Of a DNA stretch of 45,269 nt, positions 27,906 through 38,616 are shown one piece after another. This DNA is from an uncultured Chryseolinea sp. (GTDB lineage: Bacteria; Bacteroidota; Bacteroidia; Cytophagales; Cyclobacteriaceae): assembly GCA_964397805.1 (NCBI GenBank), contig CAYNKN010000001.1, positions 1-45,269 of the forward strand. The letters are read 5' to 3'. Position 1 is the first letter of the stretch; each line of letters starts with the position of its first letter. The notes beneath the pieces are model-generated. The model was not told where the DNA came from. It did no database searches and saw only the letters and a list, made by a program, of their open reading frames with translations. The translations under genes were made by a program, and so were the position numbers.

Positions 27906-30900
27906 ATGACTAAATTAAATTTTATTCAAAGTCGATTAATTCTCTTCATGAAAATATCGGTGACCCAACTTCTGATGATGGCTGCATTTGTATCGCTCGT
28001 GAGTGCGGGAAATATACGTGGGCAAGAAGTCATGGACAGAAAAGTGTCAATTAACGTTGAAAATAAAGAAATCGGAAAGATTTTATCGTTAATTGAAAGC
28101 CAGGCAATGGTGCATTTTACGTACCGAAACAAGGCATTTGAAACTAACCGCAAGATTTCAATTCAGGTTGACAGTTTGCGATTGGCTGAAGTTTTATACC
28201 GTCTTTTTGATAAACAGCTTGAAATTGTTGTTAAAGACAATTCAATTCTTCTAAAGCCCGCAGTTGGTAAGGAGAACGAAGAAGTAATACCCCTTGTCAC
28301 AAATAGCATTGACTTTATTGTCTCTGGAACAGTGGTTGACGAAACGAATCAATCGCTCCCTGGAGTAAACGTTATTGTAAAAGGCACTACCGGAGGAACC
28401 GTTACTGATGTCAATGGTAAATTTAGTTTGACAGCACCTGATGAAGATGCCATATTGGTTTTTTCGTTTATCGGGTACGACAATCAAGAGGTAAGCATTA
28501 AGGGGAGAACAACCATTAATATTACGCTGCAACCAAATATCACATCGTTAGACGAAGTTGTGGTAGTGGGTTATGGTACGCAGACAAAAAAAGAATTAAC
28601 AAGTTCGGTTGCTACCGTTAAAGGTGACGATATAAAGGCCTCTGGTGCGGTGAGTTTTGATAATGCTATGCAAGGGCGCGTGGCAGGGGTACAGATTACA
28701 CAAGGATCCGGGCAGCCGGGGGGAGCTTTAACGGTACGGGTAAGAGGAGCATCTTCTATTTCAGGTGGTAATAATCCGCTTTACGTGATAGATGGAATAC
28801 CAGTTTCGGCCGTAACTAACGACCAGATTGTTGATGGTGGTACGGGTTCAAATCCGCTTGCCTTGCTTAACCCAAGCGATATTGAATCCATTGATGTATT
28901 AAAAGATGCTGCCGCCACAGCAATTTACGGAACTCGCGGTGCGAATGGGGTAATCATAGTAACCACCAAACGCGGTAAATCAGGAGCTCCTAAAGTTGAA
29001 TTTGGCTATTACACAGGATGGCAGACCGTCACAAAAAAATTAGATCAGATAAATGCGCGCCAATTTAAAGAATACGCCATTGAAGCACATGTCAATGCAG
29101 GTTTAACCAACTATACCCAATGGCCGTTGCCGGTCACAGATTCGTTAAATACATTCTATTCTAATGACTTCTATTGGCAAGATGCACTTTTTACCGATAA
29201 TGCCCCCATTTCAAATTATGACCTTTCTGTTGGAGGTGGAAATGATAAAATCAACTACTACTTGAGTGGGAATTTATTAGATCAAAATGGAATTTTGGCG
29301 AACACTGATTTTACCCGTTTAAGTATTCGCAGTAATGTCGATTATAACGTTTCAAATAACGTAAAATTCGGAAACTCATTTACTTTTTCGAATAGCCAGT
29401 CAAACCGCACTAGTGAGGATAACCGAGGTGGGGAGCGTGGTGTGTTTTTTAGAACAGCCAATCGCAATCCAACCGAGTCACCCTTTTTACCGGACGGTTC
29501 ATTAGCCCCCAATACACCAATCAATACTCTATTCAATGCTTTCCAAAGTGTAAAGAACACGCGGGTTCTGGGAAACATCTATGGAGAATTCAAATTTCTA
29601 AAGAACTTTAGTTTCCGCACTTCCCTTGGAATTGACTTTAGTGCGAACTTGGAAGAACAGTTTTATCCAAGTACCATTTTTTCCTTTCAAAATTTTCAAC
29701 GCACCGGTCAGGCTGGGTCATCTCAAAACTTTCTTTGGATAAATGAAAACTTTTTAACGTACACTAAGAAATTTAATGAAGCGCATAATTTTAAGGCACT
29801 ACTTGGTGCTAGCGCGCAGTCACAAACAAGCAACTCTCTTGTGCTTCGGGCAGAGGGTTTTCCATCCGATTTAGTTCGAACATTAAATGCCGGGCCAATA
29901 AAAACTCAGGCTTCGACATTTGAGAATGAGGAAGCTATCGTTTCATTCTTTGGCCGCTTTTTTTATGATTTTAAATCAAAGTATCTAATTGCATTTACGG
30001 CACGTTATGACGGTTCGTCCAAATTTGGAAAGGATAATAGGTATGGCTTTTTTCCTTCCGGTTCAATTGGTTGGTTGGTGTCGGAAGAGGGGTTTATGAA
30101 AGACATTTCATTTATTAATGAATTAAAAATAAGAGCAAGTGCAGGTACTGTAGGAAATGACCGTATTCCAAATTATGTTCAGGGCGGTATTTATAACACG
30201 GGCGCAAATTATGATGGTGCCGGTGGTATTGCACCTGCTGGAAATGGGCTTCCTAATTCTGCACTTGGCTGGGAAAAATCAAATCAGATTAATGCAGGTA
30301 TCGATTTGGCAGTTTTATCTGGTCGCGTAAAAATTACGGCTGATGTATATCAGAAGACGACTGAAAATCTCCTCTTCAGTAGTAACTTACCTTCTACTTC
30401 CGGATTCGGATCAGTATTTCTTAACCTAGGAGAAATTCAAAACAAAGGTCTTGAGCTTGGTCTTTCTACCGTCAATTTAGAAGGGCAACTGAATTGGACC
30501 ACAGAGTTTAATATTTCATTTAATCAAAACGAAGTGGTTAGTCTACCGGAAGGTCAAGACCAACTTGGTGGTGTGGGTATTTTAAGAGAAGGCAACCCTA
30601 TTGGTTCGTTTTATTTATTCAATCACCTTCGGGTTTTCCCAACCAGCGAAGACAATGTAAATCAGGTTAGAAATGGTTCTATTACAGGTCCAATTTTTCA
30701 AGGCGGGGATACCGAATTTGAGGATGTTGATGGAGACGGCTTCATCAGTGGAACAGACCGTGTTATAATGGGTAATGCCGATCCGAAGATGTGGGGTGGA
30801 TTTCGAAATCGCTTTACCTATAAAGGTTTCGACCTTGATGTATTTTTTAATTTTACCTATGGTCAGGATATATACAATCGCCTGAAGCGTGACCGCGATT

Positions 30901-31304
30901 CATTCCGCTTACTTGGTGGCTCGGGTGGAACTTTAGAACTATTGGATCGTTGGCAAAACCCAGGTGATATTACCCGGCACCCACGCCCGATTAGAGGCGA
31001 TGCCCGTGGAAACCTACGCGAATCGTCAAGCTTCTGGTTGGAGGATGGCTCGTTCTTGCGGTTGAAGACCGTTTCTCTTGGCTATACACTTCCTAAAAGC
31101 CTTACTGAAAAAGTTCGAATGTCTTCCGCCAGACTTTACGTAACGGGCCAGAATCTGTTAACCTTTACTGATTACACTGGATACGATCCTGAAGTTGTGG
31201 GCACATCTTCAAATGCCAATGGATTTAACATTGGTTACGGACAAGATTTTGGCTATTATCCCTTGGCCAGAACTATTTTGGTGGGAGTAAATCTATCGTT
31301 TTAA
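27906..31304 (+). CDS. susC: SusC/RagA TonB-dependent transporter with N-terminal signalling extension
   Basis: STN-like N-domain, LDEVVVVGYGTQ, NPSDIESIDVLKDAAATAIYGTRGANGVIIVTTKRG, C-terminal GVNLSF. ATG 27906 preferred. Confidence 0.97.
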   Translation: MTKLNFIQSRLILFMKISVTQLLMMAAFVSLVSAGNIRGQEVMDRKVSINVENKEIGKILSLIESQAMVHFTYRNKAFETNRKISIQVDSLRLAEVLYRLFDKQLEIVVKDNSILLKPAVGKENEEVIPLVTNSIDFIVSGTVVDETNQSLPGVNVIVKGTTGGTVTDVNGKFSLTAPDEDAILVFSFIGYDNQEVSIKGRTTINITLQPNITSLDEVVVVGYGTQTKKELTSSVATVKGDDIKASGAVSFDNAMQGRVAGVQITQGSGQPGGALTVRVRGASSISGGNNPLYVIDGIPVSAVTNDQIVDGGTGSNPLALLNPSDIESIDVLKDAAATAIYGTRGANGVIIVTTKRGKSGAPKVEFGYYTGWQTVTKKLDQINARQFKEYAIEAHVNAGLTNYTQWPLPVTDSLNTFYSNDFYWQDALFTDNAPISNYDLSVGGGNDKINYYLSGNLLDQNGILANTDFTRLSIRSNVDYNVSNNVKFGNSFTFSNSQSNRTSEDNRGGERGVFFRTANRNPTESPFLPDGSLAPNTPINTLFNAFQSVKNTRVLGNIYGEFKFLKNFSFRTSLGIDFSANLEEQFYPSTIFSFQNFQRTGQAGSSQNFLWINENFLTYTKKFNEAHNFKALLGASAQSQTSNSLVLRAEGFPSDLVRTLNAGPIKTQASTFENEEAIVSFFGRFFYDFKSKYLIAFTARYDGSSKFGKDNRYGFFPSGSIGWLVSEEGFMKDISFINELKIRASAGTVGNDRIPNYVQGGIYNTGANYDGAGGIAPAGNGLPNSALGWEKSNQINAGIDLAVLSGRVKITADVYQKTTENLLFSSNLPSTSGFGSVFLNLGEIQNKGLELGLSTVNLEGQLNWTTEFNISFNQNEVVSLPEGQDQLGGVGILREGNPIGSFYLFNHLRVFPTSEDNVNQVRNGSITGPIFQGGDTEFEDVDGDGFISGTDRVIMGNADPKMWGGFRNRFTYKGFDLDVFFNFTYGQDIYNRLKRDRDSFRLLGGSGGTLELLDRWQNPGDITRHPRPIRGDARGNLRESSSFWLEDGSFLRLKTVSLGYTLPKSLTEKVRMSSARLYVTGQNLLTFTDYTGYDPEVVGTSSNANGFNIGYGQDFGYYPLARTILVGVNLSF

Positions 31305-31320
31305 TTTTTACGCTAACAAA

Positions 31321-32754
31321 ATGAAAATACTAAAAAACACAATATCAAAGGTAGGTATCATCATGGTGATACTTACACTTACCTTCTCGTGTGACATTCT
31401 GGATGTAGCGCCCGTGAGTCAAATTTCTTCGGATAATTTTTGGAAGACCGAGAGTGATGCAACGGCTGGTGCAGTTGCTATGTATGATGGACTTCAGGAG
31501 GTTTCACGTAATTGGGTAACCTGGGGCGAAGTTAGAGCAGATATTTTTGACAAGACTCTTGGAAATATAATCGGTGAGTTGCAGGAAATCCTGACAAATC
31601 AGATTCCCAATACCAACAGGCTAACCAATTGGAATGTCGTATATGGTATGATTAACCGTGCTAACCTGTTGCTGGCCAATATCGAGGCGATACCCATGAA
31701 TGCGGATTTGAAACAACAATATATCGGTGAAGCGCACTTTATACGGGCTATCGGCTACTTTGTAGTTTTGAAAGTGTGGGGCGATGCGCCAATAGTAACT
31801 ATTCCTTATACTTCTGTGGAGCAGGATTTTACAATACCGCGCAACCCTAAAAGTGAATTAATTCAGCAAATTGAAGTTGATATTGATCAGGCAATTGCGT
31901 TATTACCCAATCAGGTTGGCACGGCTCCAACTACGGTGAGAGGCCGGGCAAATAAGTTTGCAGCGCATGCATTAGCATCCGACTTTTACCTTTGGGTGGC
32001 TCAGGTTGAAGGTGGTGGCGCGGCATATTTTCAAAAAGCGATAACATCAACGGATGTGATTCTGGCTAACACGGCAACATACAAACTCGTTGCAGGCGCT
32101 CAGTACGCCACCATATTCAGAAGGAACAGCACCGAGGGTATATTTGAAGTTCAATTTGACTTTGGAAAAAATGAAGTTCAAGAACTTGAGGGTCCAGCAC
32201 TGTTAACGATGCCCCAGATATACACAGGTATTAATCGGTTACAATTACGTGGTGTCCCTGGCAGCGGAACAGGGTTTGTCGATCAAATTGAGGCTGGAGA
32301 TATACGGCCCACAGTTGTAATAAACGCAATTGCCACTGCGCCACAAACTGTTAAATATATTGGAACTCCACAGCCTGCTCCGTCTACACTTGTTCAGAGG
32401 GATGCCAACGTGATTTTGTATCGCTTGGCAGAAATTATTCTCTTTAAGGCTGAGGCGCTGAACAAACTGGGCGATCAACCCGGAGCAATAGCGTTGTTAG
32501 ATCAAATCCGCTCAAGGGCGGGACTGCCTGGCACTACCGCAGTTACTCAGGAAGAAGTGAAATTAGCCATTCTACAGGAGCGCAAGATGGAATTCCACGG
32601 AGAGGGTAAACGGTATTTTGACCTGATCCGAAACGGTGAAGCGTTTAACTTCATCGATAATATCACGGATCCGGATAACCTGGTTTGGCCTATCCATCAG
32701 GATGAACTTAATCGAAATCCGGAGATTAGTCAGAATGAATTTTACGGTAACTAA
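31321..32754 (+). CDS. susD: SusD/RagB glycan-binding lipoprotein
   Basis: Lipobox TFSC; GEAHFIRA, YRLAEIILFKAEA, ERKMEFHGEGKRYFDLIR, WPI motifs. Confidence 0.95.
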   Translation: MKILKNTISKVGIIMVILTLTFSCDILDVAPVSQISSDNFWKTESDATAGAVAMYDGLQEVSRNWVTWGEVRADIFDKTLGNIIGELQEILTNQIPNTNRLTNWNVVYGMINRANLLLANIEAIPMNADLKQQYIGEAHFIRAIGYFVVLKVWGDAPIVTIPYTSVEQDFTIPRNPKSELIQQIEVDIDQAIALLPNQVGTAPTTVRGRANKFAAHALASDFYLWVAQVEGGGAAYFQKAITSTDVILANTATYKLVAGAQYATIFRRNSTEGIFEVQFDFGKNEVQELEGPALLTMPQIYTGINRLQLRGVPGSGTGFVDQIEAGDIRPTVVINAIATAPQTVKYIGTPQPAPSTLVQRDANVILYRLAEIILFKAEALNKLGDQPGAIALLDQIRSRAGLPGTTAVTQEEVKLAILQERKMEFHGEGKRYFDLIRNGEAFNFIDNITDPDNLVWPIHQDELNRNPEISQNEFYGN

Positions 32755-32768
32755 TTAATTTGAAGATT

Positions 32769-33377
32769 ATGAAAAAAATAGCATATTTCTTAATGAAACA
32801 GGTTGTCATAAAATCCATGGCAATTGCAGTCGTGATTTTTGTTTGCAACGGTTGCCAGGATCAGTTTGAGTACAAAGCCGAGCCGCTTCCGGTAGGTAAA
32901 TTTGATATGACCATTTATGAGTTTCTTGACTCCCGCAGCGAGTTTGATTCCCTGGTGAAGGCAATTGACTATGCGGGGCTCAAAGACATGTTAAACTCAA
33001 CCACAGAAACATATACTTTCTTTGCGCCTCCCAATGATCGATGGCTGGTAGGAACTGCATTGTTAACTCCTACAAAACCCATTAATTTTTATACGGTTGA
33101 TGCCTGGAGGAATACTATTTTACGACATACTTCTGCAACGCGTATTTTCTCCCCCGATCAATTCGAGATTGAGGCATTCCAATACACGTTTTCTTCCGTG
33201 AACGGGCAATTGTGGGGTATGCGCAGAAATGCAAGCAATGTTTTAGTAGGTGAAAAGCCTCCCGGATCGCCCGCAAATGTTCTCGGTTTATTTGGAGTGA
33301 TCAGAACCTCCAACATCGAAGTTACGAATGGTGTGATACACATCCCCAGCAGTGTGGGAGGATTAATTACGATTTAA
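32769..33377 (+). CDS. Fasciclin (FAS1) domain lipoprotein in the SusE position
   Basis: Lipobox-like CNGC; YTFFAPPND (H1) and NIEVTNGVIHI (H2) fasciclin motifs. Start could be 32769 or 32793. Confidence 0.85.
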   Translation: MKKIAYFLMKQVVIKSMAIAVVIFVCNGCQDQFEYKAEPLPVGKFDMTIYEFLDSRSEFDSLVKAIDYAGLKDMLNSTTETYTFFAPPNDRWLVGTALLTPTKPINFYTVDAWRNTILRHTSATRIFSPDQFEIEAFQYTFSSVNGQLWGMRRNASNVLVGEKPPGSPANVLGLFGVIRTSNIEVTNGVIHIPSSVGGLITI

Positions 33378-33388
33378 GAGCGCAGGTC

Positions 33389-33430
33389 AAAGCCTTTCAC
33401 AACATCTAAATGTTTGTGAAAGGCTTTTTT
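33389..33430 (+). terminator. Intrinsic terminator after susCD-fasciclin
   Basis: 14-bp inverted repeat AAAGCCTTTCACAA/TTGTGAAAGGCTTT running into a T6 tract. Confidence 0.85.
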
Positions 33431-33531
33431 AATTATTCTGGTTCCACATTCCACGTCTGTCAAATTACACAGTCTATGGAAAATTAATTTTTCCGAGAGT
33501 AGTTACGTATTTTTAGTAAGCAAAAAGCCAT

Positions 33532-34752
33532 ATGAAAAGGAGATTTTTTTTAAAAAATGCAACGGCAATAGCTGCGACTGCATTACTGCCAATGTCAGCA
33601 TTAAAGGCATCAGAAGTTTTTAAATCGGATGGCAATCAGGTTTCTTCTGCACGTCTTCGTGAAAAGCTACGAGCATTAGAATCTGTTTTTGATGGAAATT
33701 TAAATTGGGTAATAAATTTATACGATACAAAAACGGGAGGTTTTTGCGAAAGTGTTGGTATGACTCGCGACCCTCAATTTCCCGCGCACATTCAAGCTAC
33801 GTGTCAAATTGTAGGCGAGCTTATGAACGTTAACGGATTGCTGAGCACGATGCCGGTAGCCGTAAAAGATCGAATAGTCAGCTTTATCAACGACAATCAG
33901 GATCCTGTTACAGGGCTATTTTGCGACAAAGCGTATCCTAAGATAAAAGAGAGTAAACGAGCCGATAGGAATATTGCTCGCTTAACGGGTTTTGCCGTGC
34001 GCACACTAAAAACATTGGATGCCAAGCCGCGCTATGACCTTATTTCCGAAAGCAATAATGCTACTCCGTTATATCTTCAGAGTGCTAAAAATTGGGAAGA
34101 GTGGGTTAGAAAAACGGTAAGTAAGGAACGTCCTTTTTATGGAAGCCTGGATGACGTAGGGTCTCATACTTCTATTTTATTGGCTATGCCAGAATCACAG
34201 AGAAAGGAATTTATAGATGTTGCTACAAATTACATCAATCCATTTCAAAATACTGCTACTGGATTATGGGATAACAGTCTCGATGCTACTTTCAAATATG
34301 TAGGATTCTTAAATGGCGTTAATCGCCCCATACCCCATGCTGAGAAAATTGTCGCCAGTATTTATACATGGTTTGAAGTCAACAAAAATAATTTTTTAGA
34401 CAATACCTGTTTTGTTTGTAACCCAGTGCGTATGCTGCCTGAGCTTTCGAGCTATATCCCTAAAGAATTTAAAACGGATAAAGCATTGTCTGATTTAGTC
34501 GAGTGGCACATGGCTCACTTTCAACCATTCTTACAATCTGATGGTGCCTTTTCAAGATGGCAAAAAAAATTCCCAAAAGATGTATTAGATACAGTATATG
34601 GCCAATGGGACGAGCCGATGGCCGATGTGAATGGAAACGCCCAGACTATTGTTGCGCGCAGGTGTATTTATAAAGTAGTGGGAATAGAAATGCCACCACT
34701 GCCGCAGGCCAATGGTTTTTGGGATCGGTTTGTTGATCAACATAAAGTATAG
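33532..34752 (+). CDS. Tat-exported hypothetical protein, paralog 1 (possible alpha/alpha toroid)
   Basis: MKRRFFLK Tat signal; recurring QDPVTGLF, QNTATGLW, QSDGAF turns; no family recognised. Confidence 0.75.
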   Translation: MKRRFFLKNATAIAATALLPMSALKASEVFKSDGNQVSSARLREKLRALESVFDGNLNWVINLYDTKTGGFCESVGMTRDPQFPAHIQATCQIVGELMNVNGLLSTMPVAVKDRIVSFINDNQDPVTGLFCDKAYPKIKESKRADRNIARLTGFAVRTLKTLDAKPRYDLISESNNATPLYLQSAKNWEEWVRKTVSKERPFYGSLDDVGSHTSILLAMPESQRKEFIDVATNYINPFQNTATGLWDNSLDATFKYVGFLNGVNRPIPHAEKIVASIYTWFEVNKNNFLDNTCFVCNPVRMLPELSSYIPKEFKTDKALSDLVEWHMAHFQPFLQSDGAFSRWQKKFPKDVLDTVYGQWDEPMADVNGNAQTIVARRCIYKVVGIEMPPLPQANGFWDRFVDQHKV

Positions 34753-34794
34753 AATCTGAGAAAGTGAAGTTGAATTAATTCCGAAAGAATAAAG

Positions 34795-36017
34795 ATGAAA
34801 AGAAGGGATTTCGTGAGAGCGTTTGCAATAGGTGCAGCATCATCATTCGCACTATCAAGTAGCTTGAAAGGAGGAGTAGGTTCCGCCAATTTTTTGGGCT
34901 TAGAGAAACCTGCTGCTGATTTTCTTGATTTAAAATTTCAATCATTCGAATTAGCCTATGATGGCATTCTGAATTGGATGATTGAGTTGTACGATAAAAA
35001 ACGGGTGGTTTTTGTGAGAGTGTCGGCATGGCGCGTGATCCTCAATTTCCGGCACACATTAAAGGCACATCTATGGTGATAGGCGCACTCGCTCCTTCTA
35101 ACTTGATAAGTACAATGCCGGCCAGCGTACGAAACGCAATTATTCATTTCCTTCAAGACAACCAAGACCCCCAAACAGGATTGTTTTGCGATAAAGCATA
35201 TCCTAAAATAAAAGAAAGCCCACGGGCAGACCGACACTTGGCACGATTGACCGGTATGGCAAAAAAAGCATTTGAGCAATTGGATGCCACACCACTCTAT
35301 ATCAAATCTGATAGCAAGCGCGATAGTCAGGTACCTTACCTAAAGTCGTTGGAAGCGTGGGAAATCTGGCTACGAAAAACTGCCAATAGCAGCCGCCCTT
35401 TCTATGAAAGTTTGGATGACGTAGGTGCTCAAGCTGTTTTATTGAATGATTTGCCGGAAACAGAACGAACGGAATACATTGATGCGATAACGAGTTACAT
35501 CAATCCAATGCAAGATAAAAATACAGGCTTATGGGATAAAAGTATGAACGCCACCTTTAAGTATGTTGACTTGTTGAAAGGTGTGAAGCAACCAATACCA
35601 AATGCAGATAAGATAGTGACCAGCATTTATAAATGGTTCAATGAGAATAAAACGAACATGATCGACAACACAGCCGTTCTGTGCAATCCTGTGCGAATAC
35701 TTCCTCAATTGGATGCCTACATTCCTAAAAAGTTAAAAAAAGATAAGGAATTGGCAAAGGTAATTGATTGGCATCTGGAACATTTCAAGCCGTTTAAACA
35801 ACCCGATGGAGCCTACTCACGGTGGCAAAATAAATTCATAAAAGATGTTATGGACGTGAACTATGGAATGTGGGATACTCCTATGGCAGACGTGAATGGA
35901 AATGCGCAAACGCTTGCCGCTCGCGGAGCCATTTATAAATTGGCCAGTCGGCAAGCTCCATCTTTACCGCAAACCGATGGATTTTGGGAGCGCTTCGTGA
36001 CGCGACATAATATGTAG
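34795..36017 (+). pseudogene. Tat-exported hypothetical protein, paralog 2, with a 1-nt deletion frameshift (real or sequencing error)
   Basis: MKRRDFVR Tat signal; adding one A to the A6 run at 34996-35001 gives YDKKTGGFCESVGMARDP, matching paralog 1 YDTKTGGFCESVGMTRDP, and a 407-aa product. Confidence 0.8.
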
Positions 36018-36128
36018 AAAGATAGGAAAGTAAATGCGAAAGTATTTTGAAATAAGTCAATCAGCATGTTGATGTTGCATGCTTGGAGTAGAAAATGGAA
36101 ATAGTGTTACTGATTTAAATTTAAATAA

Positions 36129-38579
36129 ATGGCCTGTAAGAAATTGTTTTTTGTTTTCGTTGCTTTTGTGTTTGTTGAATGTACGTATTCTAACGACACG
36201 CTGCTTGAAGAGAAGTTTGATCAGAACAATCGCGTTTGGATCGGTGAAGATTTTTGGTCCATACCCATGGAAGATTGGCGGATTGAGAATAAACGCTTAG
36301 AATTTACGGGCAGTCACAGGCGTTCGCGTATAAATGTGCTTTCGCATATTCTTGCAGAAAGAGATGGAGAATTTACGGTTTCCATTTCTGTTGGTTCTTC
36401 CGATACACTCAAGCATGGTTCGGTTGGCTTTTCATTAGGAGTAAAAGATTCCATCGATGCTGACGTAAAAGCAGCCTGCTACTACGGAAAAGGATTGGAC
36501 ATAGGGGTCTCCACTACCGATGGAATTTTTATCGGTAATAAAAAAACAGAGCTACCTGTTGGTTTTTCTTTTTCGGAGTTTGAGTTGCATGCGAGTGGCA
36601 GTACAGTGAACGGTAAAACAAAAATTGTATTCACGGCAAAAGACAAAGCAGGACTCAAGGCGGAAATTACAACTACAACGTCAGGGTCTCTCAATGGACT
36701 TTTTGTACTCGTAAACTCATTTGCGGCAGGGGACAAAAAGAAATTTCATTACGATAATCTAAAGATAACTGGAAGCAAGGTGGAAGTAAAGATGGCTAAT
36801 GCTTTTGGACCTATTTTATGGACCATGTATACGCTCAACCAAGGTAGTATGAAAATGTCGGTGCAGATGCCCCCGATTAGTAAAGATGATAACCACGCAA
36901 TAGAGTTAGAGCTGTATGAGAATGAAAAATGGATTTCAGTAGCAACGGAAACTATCGATACGGTGGGATATCAGGCTATTTTTAGAAAAGAGAATTGGTC
37001 GATGGCTCAGGAAAAAAAGTATCGCGTGAAATACATCAGTGACTCAGGCGAACATTTTTATGAGGGCATCATAAGGCAAGAGCCCATCGATAAACCACTT
37101 GTCATTGGTGGCCTTACCTGCCAGGAGGGTGAGGGATATCCTTATTCTCCACTTATCAAGCAGTTAAAGGAAAAAAATCCTGATCTGCTTTATTTCTCAG
37201 GAGATCAGCTTTATGAACAAAATGGGGATTACCCCATTAAGCGGTCACCCATTAAAAAATCAATAGAAAGTTATTTGGGTAAGTGGTATATGTTTGGTTG
37301 GGCGTTTGGTGACGTAATGCGCGACCGCCCTACGATCTGCACACCTGATGATCATGATGTTTTTCAAGGAAACCTCTGGGGCGAAGAAGGTAAATTAATT
37401 TCTATTGAAGATTGGGAGCTTGTTAAAGATGCGCATGGAGGGTTTGTTCAAAGCCCAGAAATGGTGAATACTGTTTTTAGAACACAATGTGGTCACTTAC
37501 CTGATCCTGTCGATGCTCAACCGCTTCCTTCAGGCATCAACGTGTGGTACACCAGCATGGTATATAGCAACGTAAGTTTTGCCATTCTTAGTGATCGAAT
37601 GTTTAAATCAGGCCCGGAAGAAATTATAAAGAATGAAACCGGGCGAATTGATCATGTTAAAAAGCCAATGAATCCTAAAGACCTGGATGCGCCTACCCTC
37701 AGTATCTTAGGACAAAGACAAATTAAGTTTTTAAAAGAATGGGTCGAAGACTGGTCGTATAATGCCACGACTAAAATCCTTTTAACACAAACTGTTTTCT
37801 CCAATATCCCGACACACCACGGCCCAGACAGAATGTTTCTCTATGGCGATTTGGACTCAGGAGGCTGGCCAAAAACGGCACGCGATGAGGTGATTGACAT
37901 CATGCGAAAAGCGCAGGTATTTCATTTGAACGGCGACCAGCACATTCCCATGATCGTGAAGTATGGTTTGCAAGATTTTGGTGATGCAGGCTGGAGCTTT
38001 TGCACACCAGCAATTTCAACAGGATATATGCGAGGCTTTCTTCCTGATAGTTTAAAAATTCCTGTGGCCAACAGACCCTCCCACAACCTGCCCAATACAG
38101 GTGAATACCAAGATGTGTTTGGTAACAAGAATTTCGTATATGCAGTTTCTAACCCGGTCAAAAATATAGAGTCGCCAAATCGGTATACGTTTGTAAACAA
38201 CAAAGCTTCAGGTTTTGGAATTTTAGAGGTTGATCCAAAAGCGCATACCCTTACCATGCACGCGTACCCCTTCTTATCACAAGGCGAAGAATTTCCAGGT
38301 TGGCCTTTAACAGTTCATCAGCGAGAAAATGATGGACGAACACCCCTTGGCTATCTTCCTGAACTGCGACTTAACCGCGCCAGTGTTGTAGTGAAAGTGG
38401 TGAGTGAGAATACCAATGAGTTGGTTTCAACCTTTCGTACAGAAGATAAAAGCATTCGACTGCCTGTATTTAAAAAAGGTACCTACACAGTCATTGTAAG
38501 CGATGCGGCAGGTAGAAAAGAACTAACCGGACTTAAGGTTGATCAATCGGGAAAAGATTTTATTGACATTGAACTTTGA
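36129..38579 (+). CDS. PhoD-like metallophosphoesterase with long N-terminal extension
   Basis: Exported N-terminus; FSGDQLYE, PDDHDV, NGDQH calcineurin-like metal motifs. Confidence 0.75.
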   Translation: MACKKLFFVFVAFVFVECTYSNDTLLEEKFDQNNRVWIGEDFWSIPMEDWRIENKRLEFTGSHRRSRINVLSHILAERDGEFTVSISVGSSDTLKHGSVGFSLGVKDSIDADVKAACYYGKGLDIGVSTTDGIFIGNKKTELPVGFSFSEFELHASGSTVNGKTKIVFTAKDKAGLKAEITTTTSGSLNGLFVLVNSFAAGDKKKFHYDNLKITGSKVEVKMANAFGPILWTMYTLNQGSMKMSVQMPPISKDDNHAIELELYENEKWISVATETIDTVGYQAIFRKENWSMAQEKKYRVKYISDSGEHFYEGIIRQEPIDKPLVIGGLTCQEGEGYPYSPLIKQLKEKNPDLLYFSGDQLYEQNGDYPIKRSPIKKSIESYLGKWYMFGWAFGDVMRDRPTICTPDDHDVFQGNLWGEEGKLISIEDWELVKDAHGGFVQSPEMVNTVFRTQCGHLPDPVDAQPLPSGINVWYTSMVYSNVSFAILSDRMFKSGPEEIIKNETGRIDHVKKPMNPKDLDAPTLSILGQRQIKFLKEWVEDWSYNATTKILLTQTVFSNIPTHHGPDRMFLYGDLDSGGWPKTARDEVIDIMRKAQVFHLNGDQHIPMIVKYGLQDFGDAGWSFCTPAISTGYMRGFLPDSLKIPVANRPSHNLPNTGEYQDVFGNKNFVYAVSNPVKNIESPNRYTFVNNKASGFGILEVDPKAHTLTMHAYPFLSQGEEFPGWPLTVHQRENDGRTPLGYLPELRLNRASVVVKVVSENTNELVSTFRTEDKSIRLPVFKKGTYTVIVSDAAGRKELTGLKVDQSGKDFIDIEL

Positions 38580-38616
38580 TCTAATTGACGGCAATAAACT
38601 CACGGGTATGTTATTT

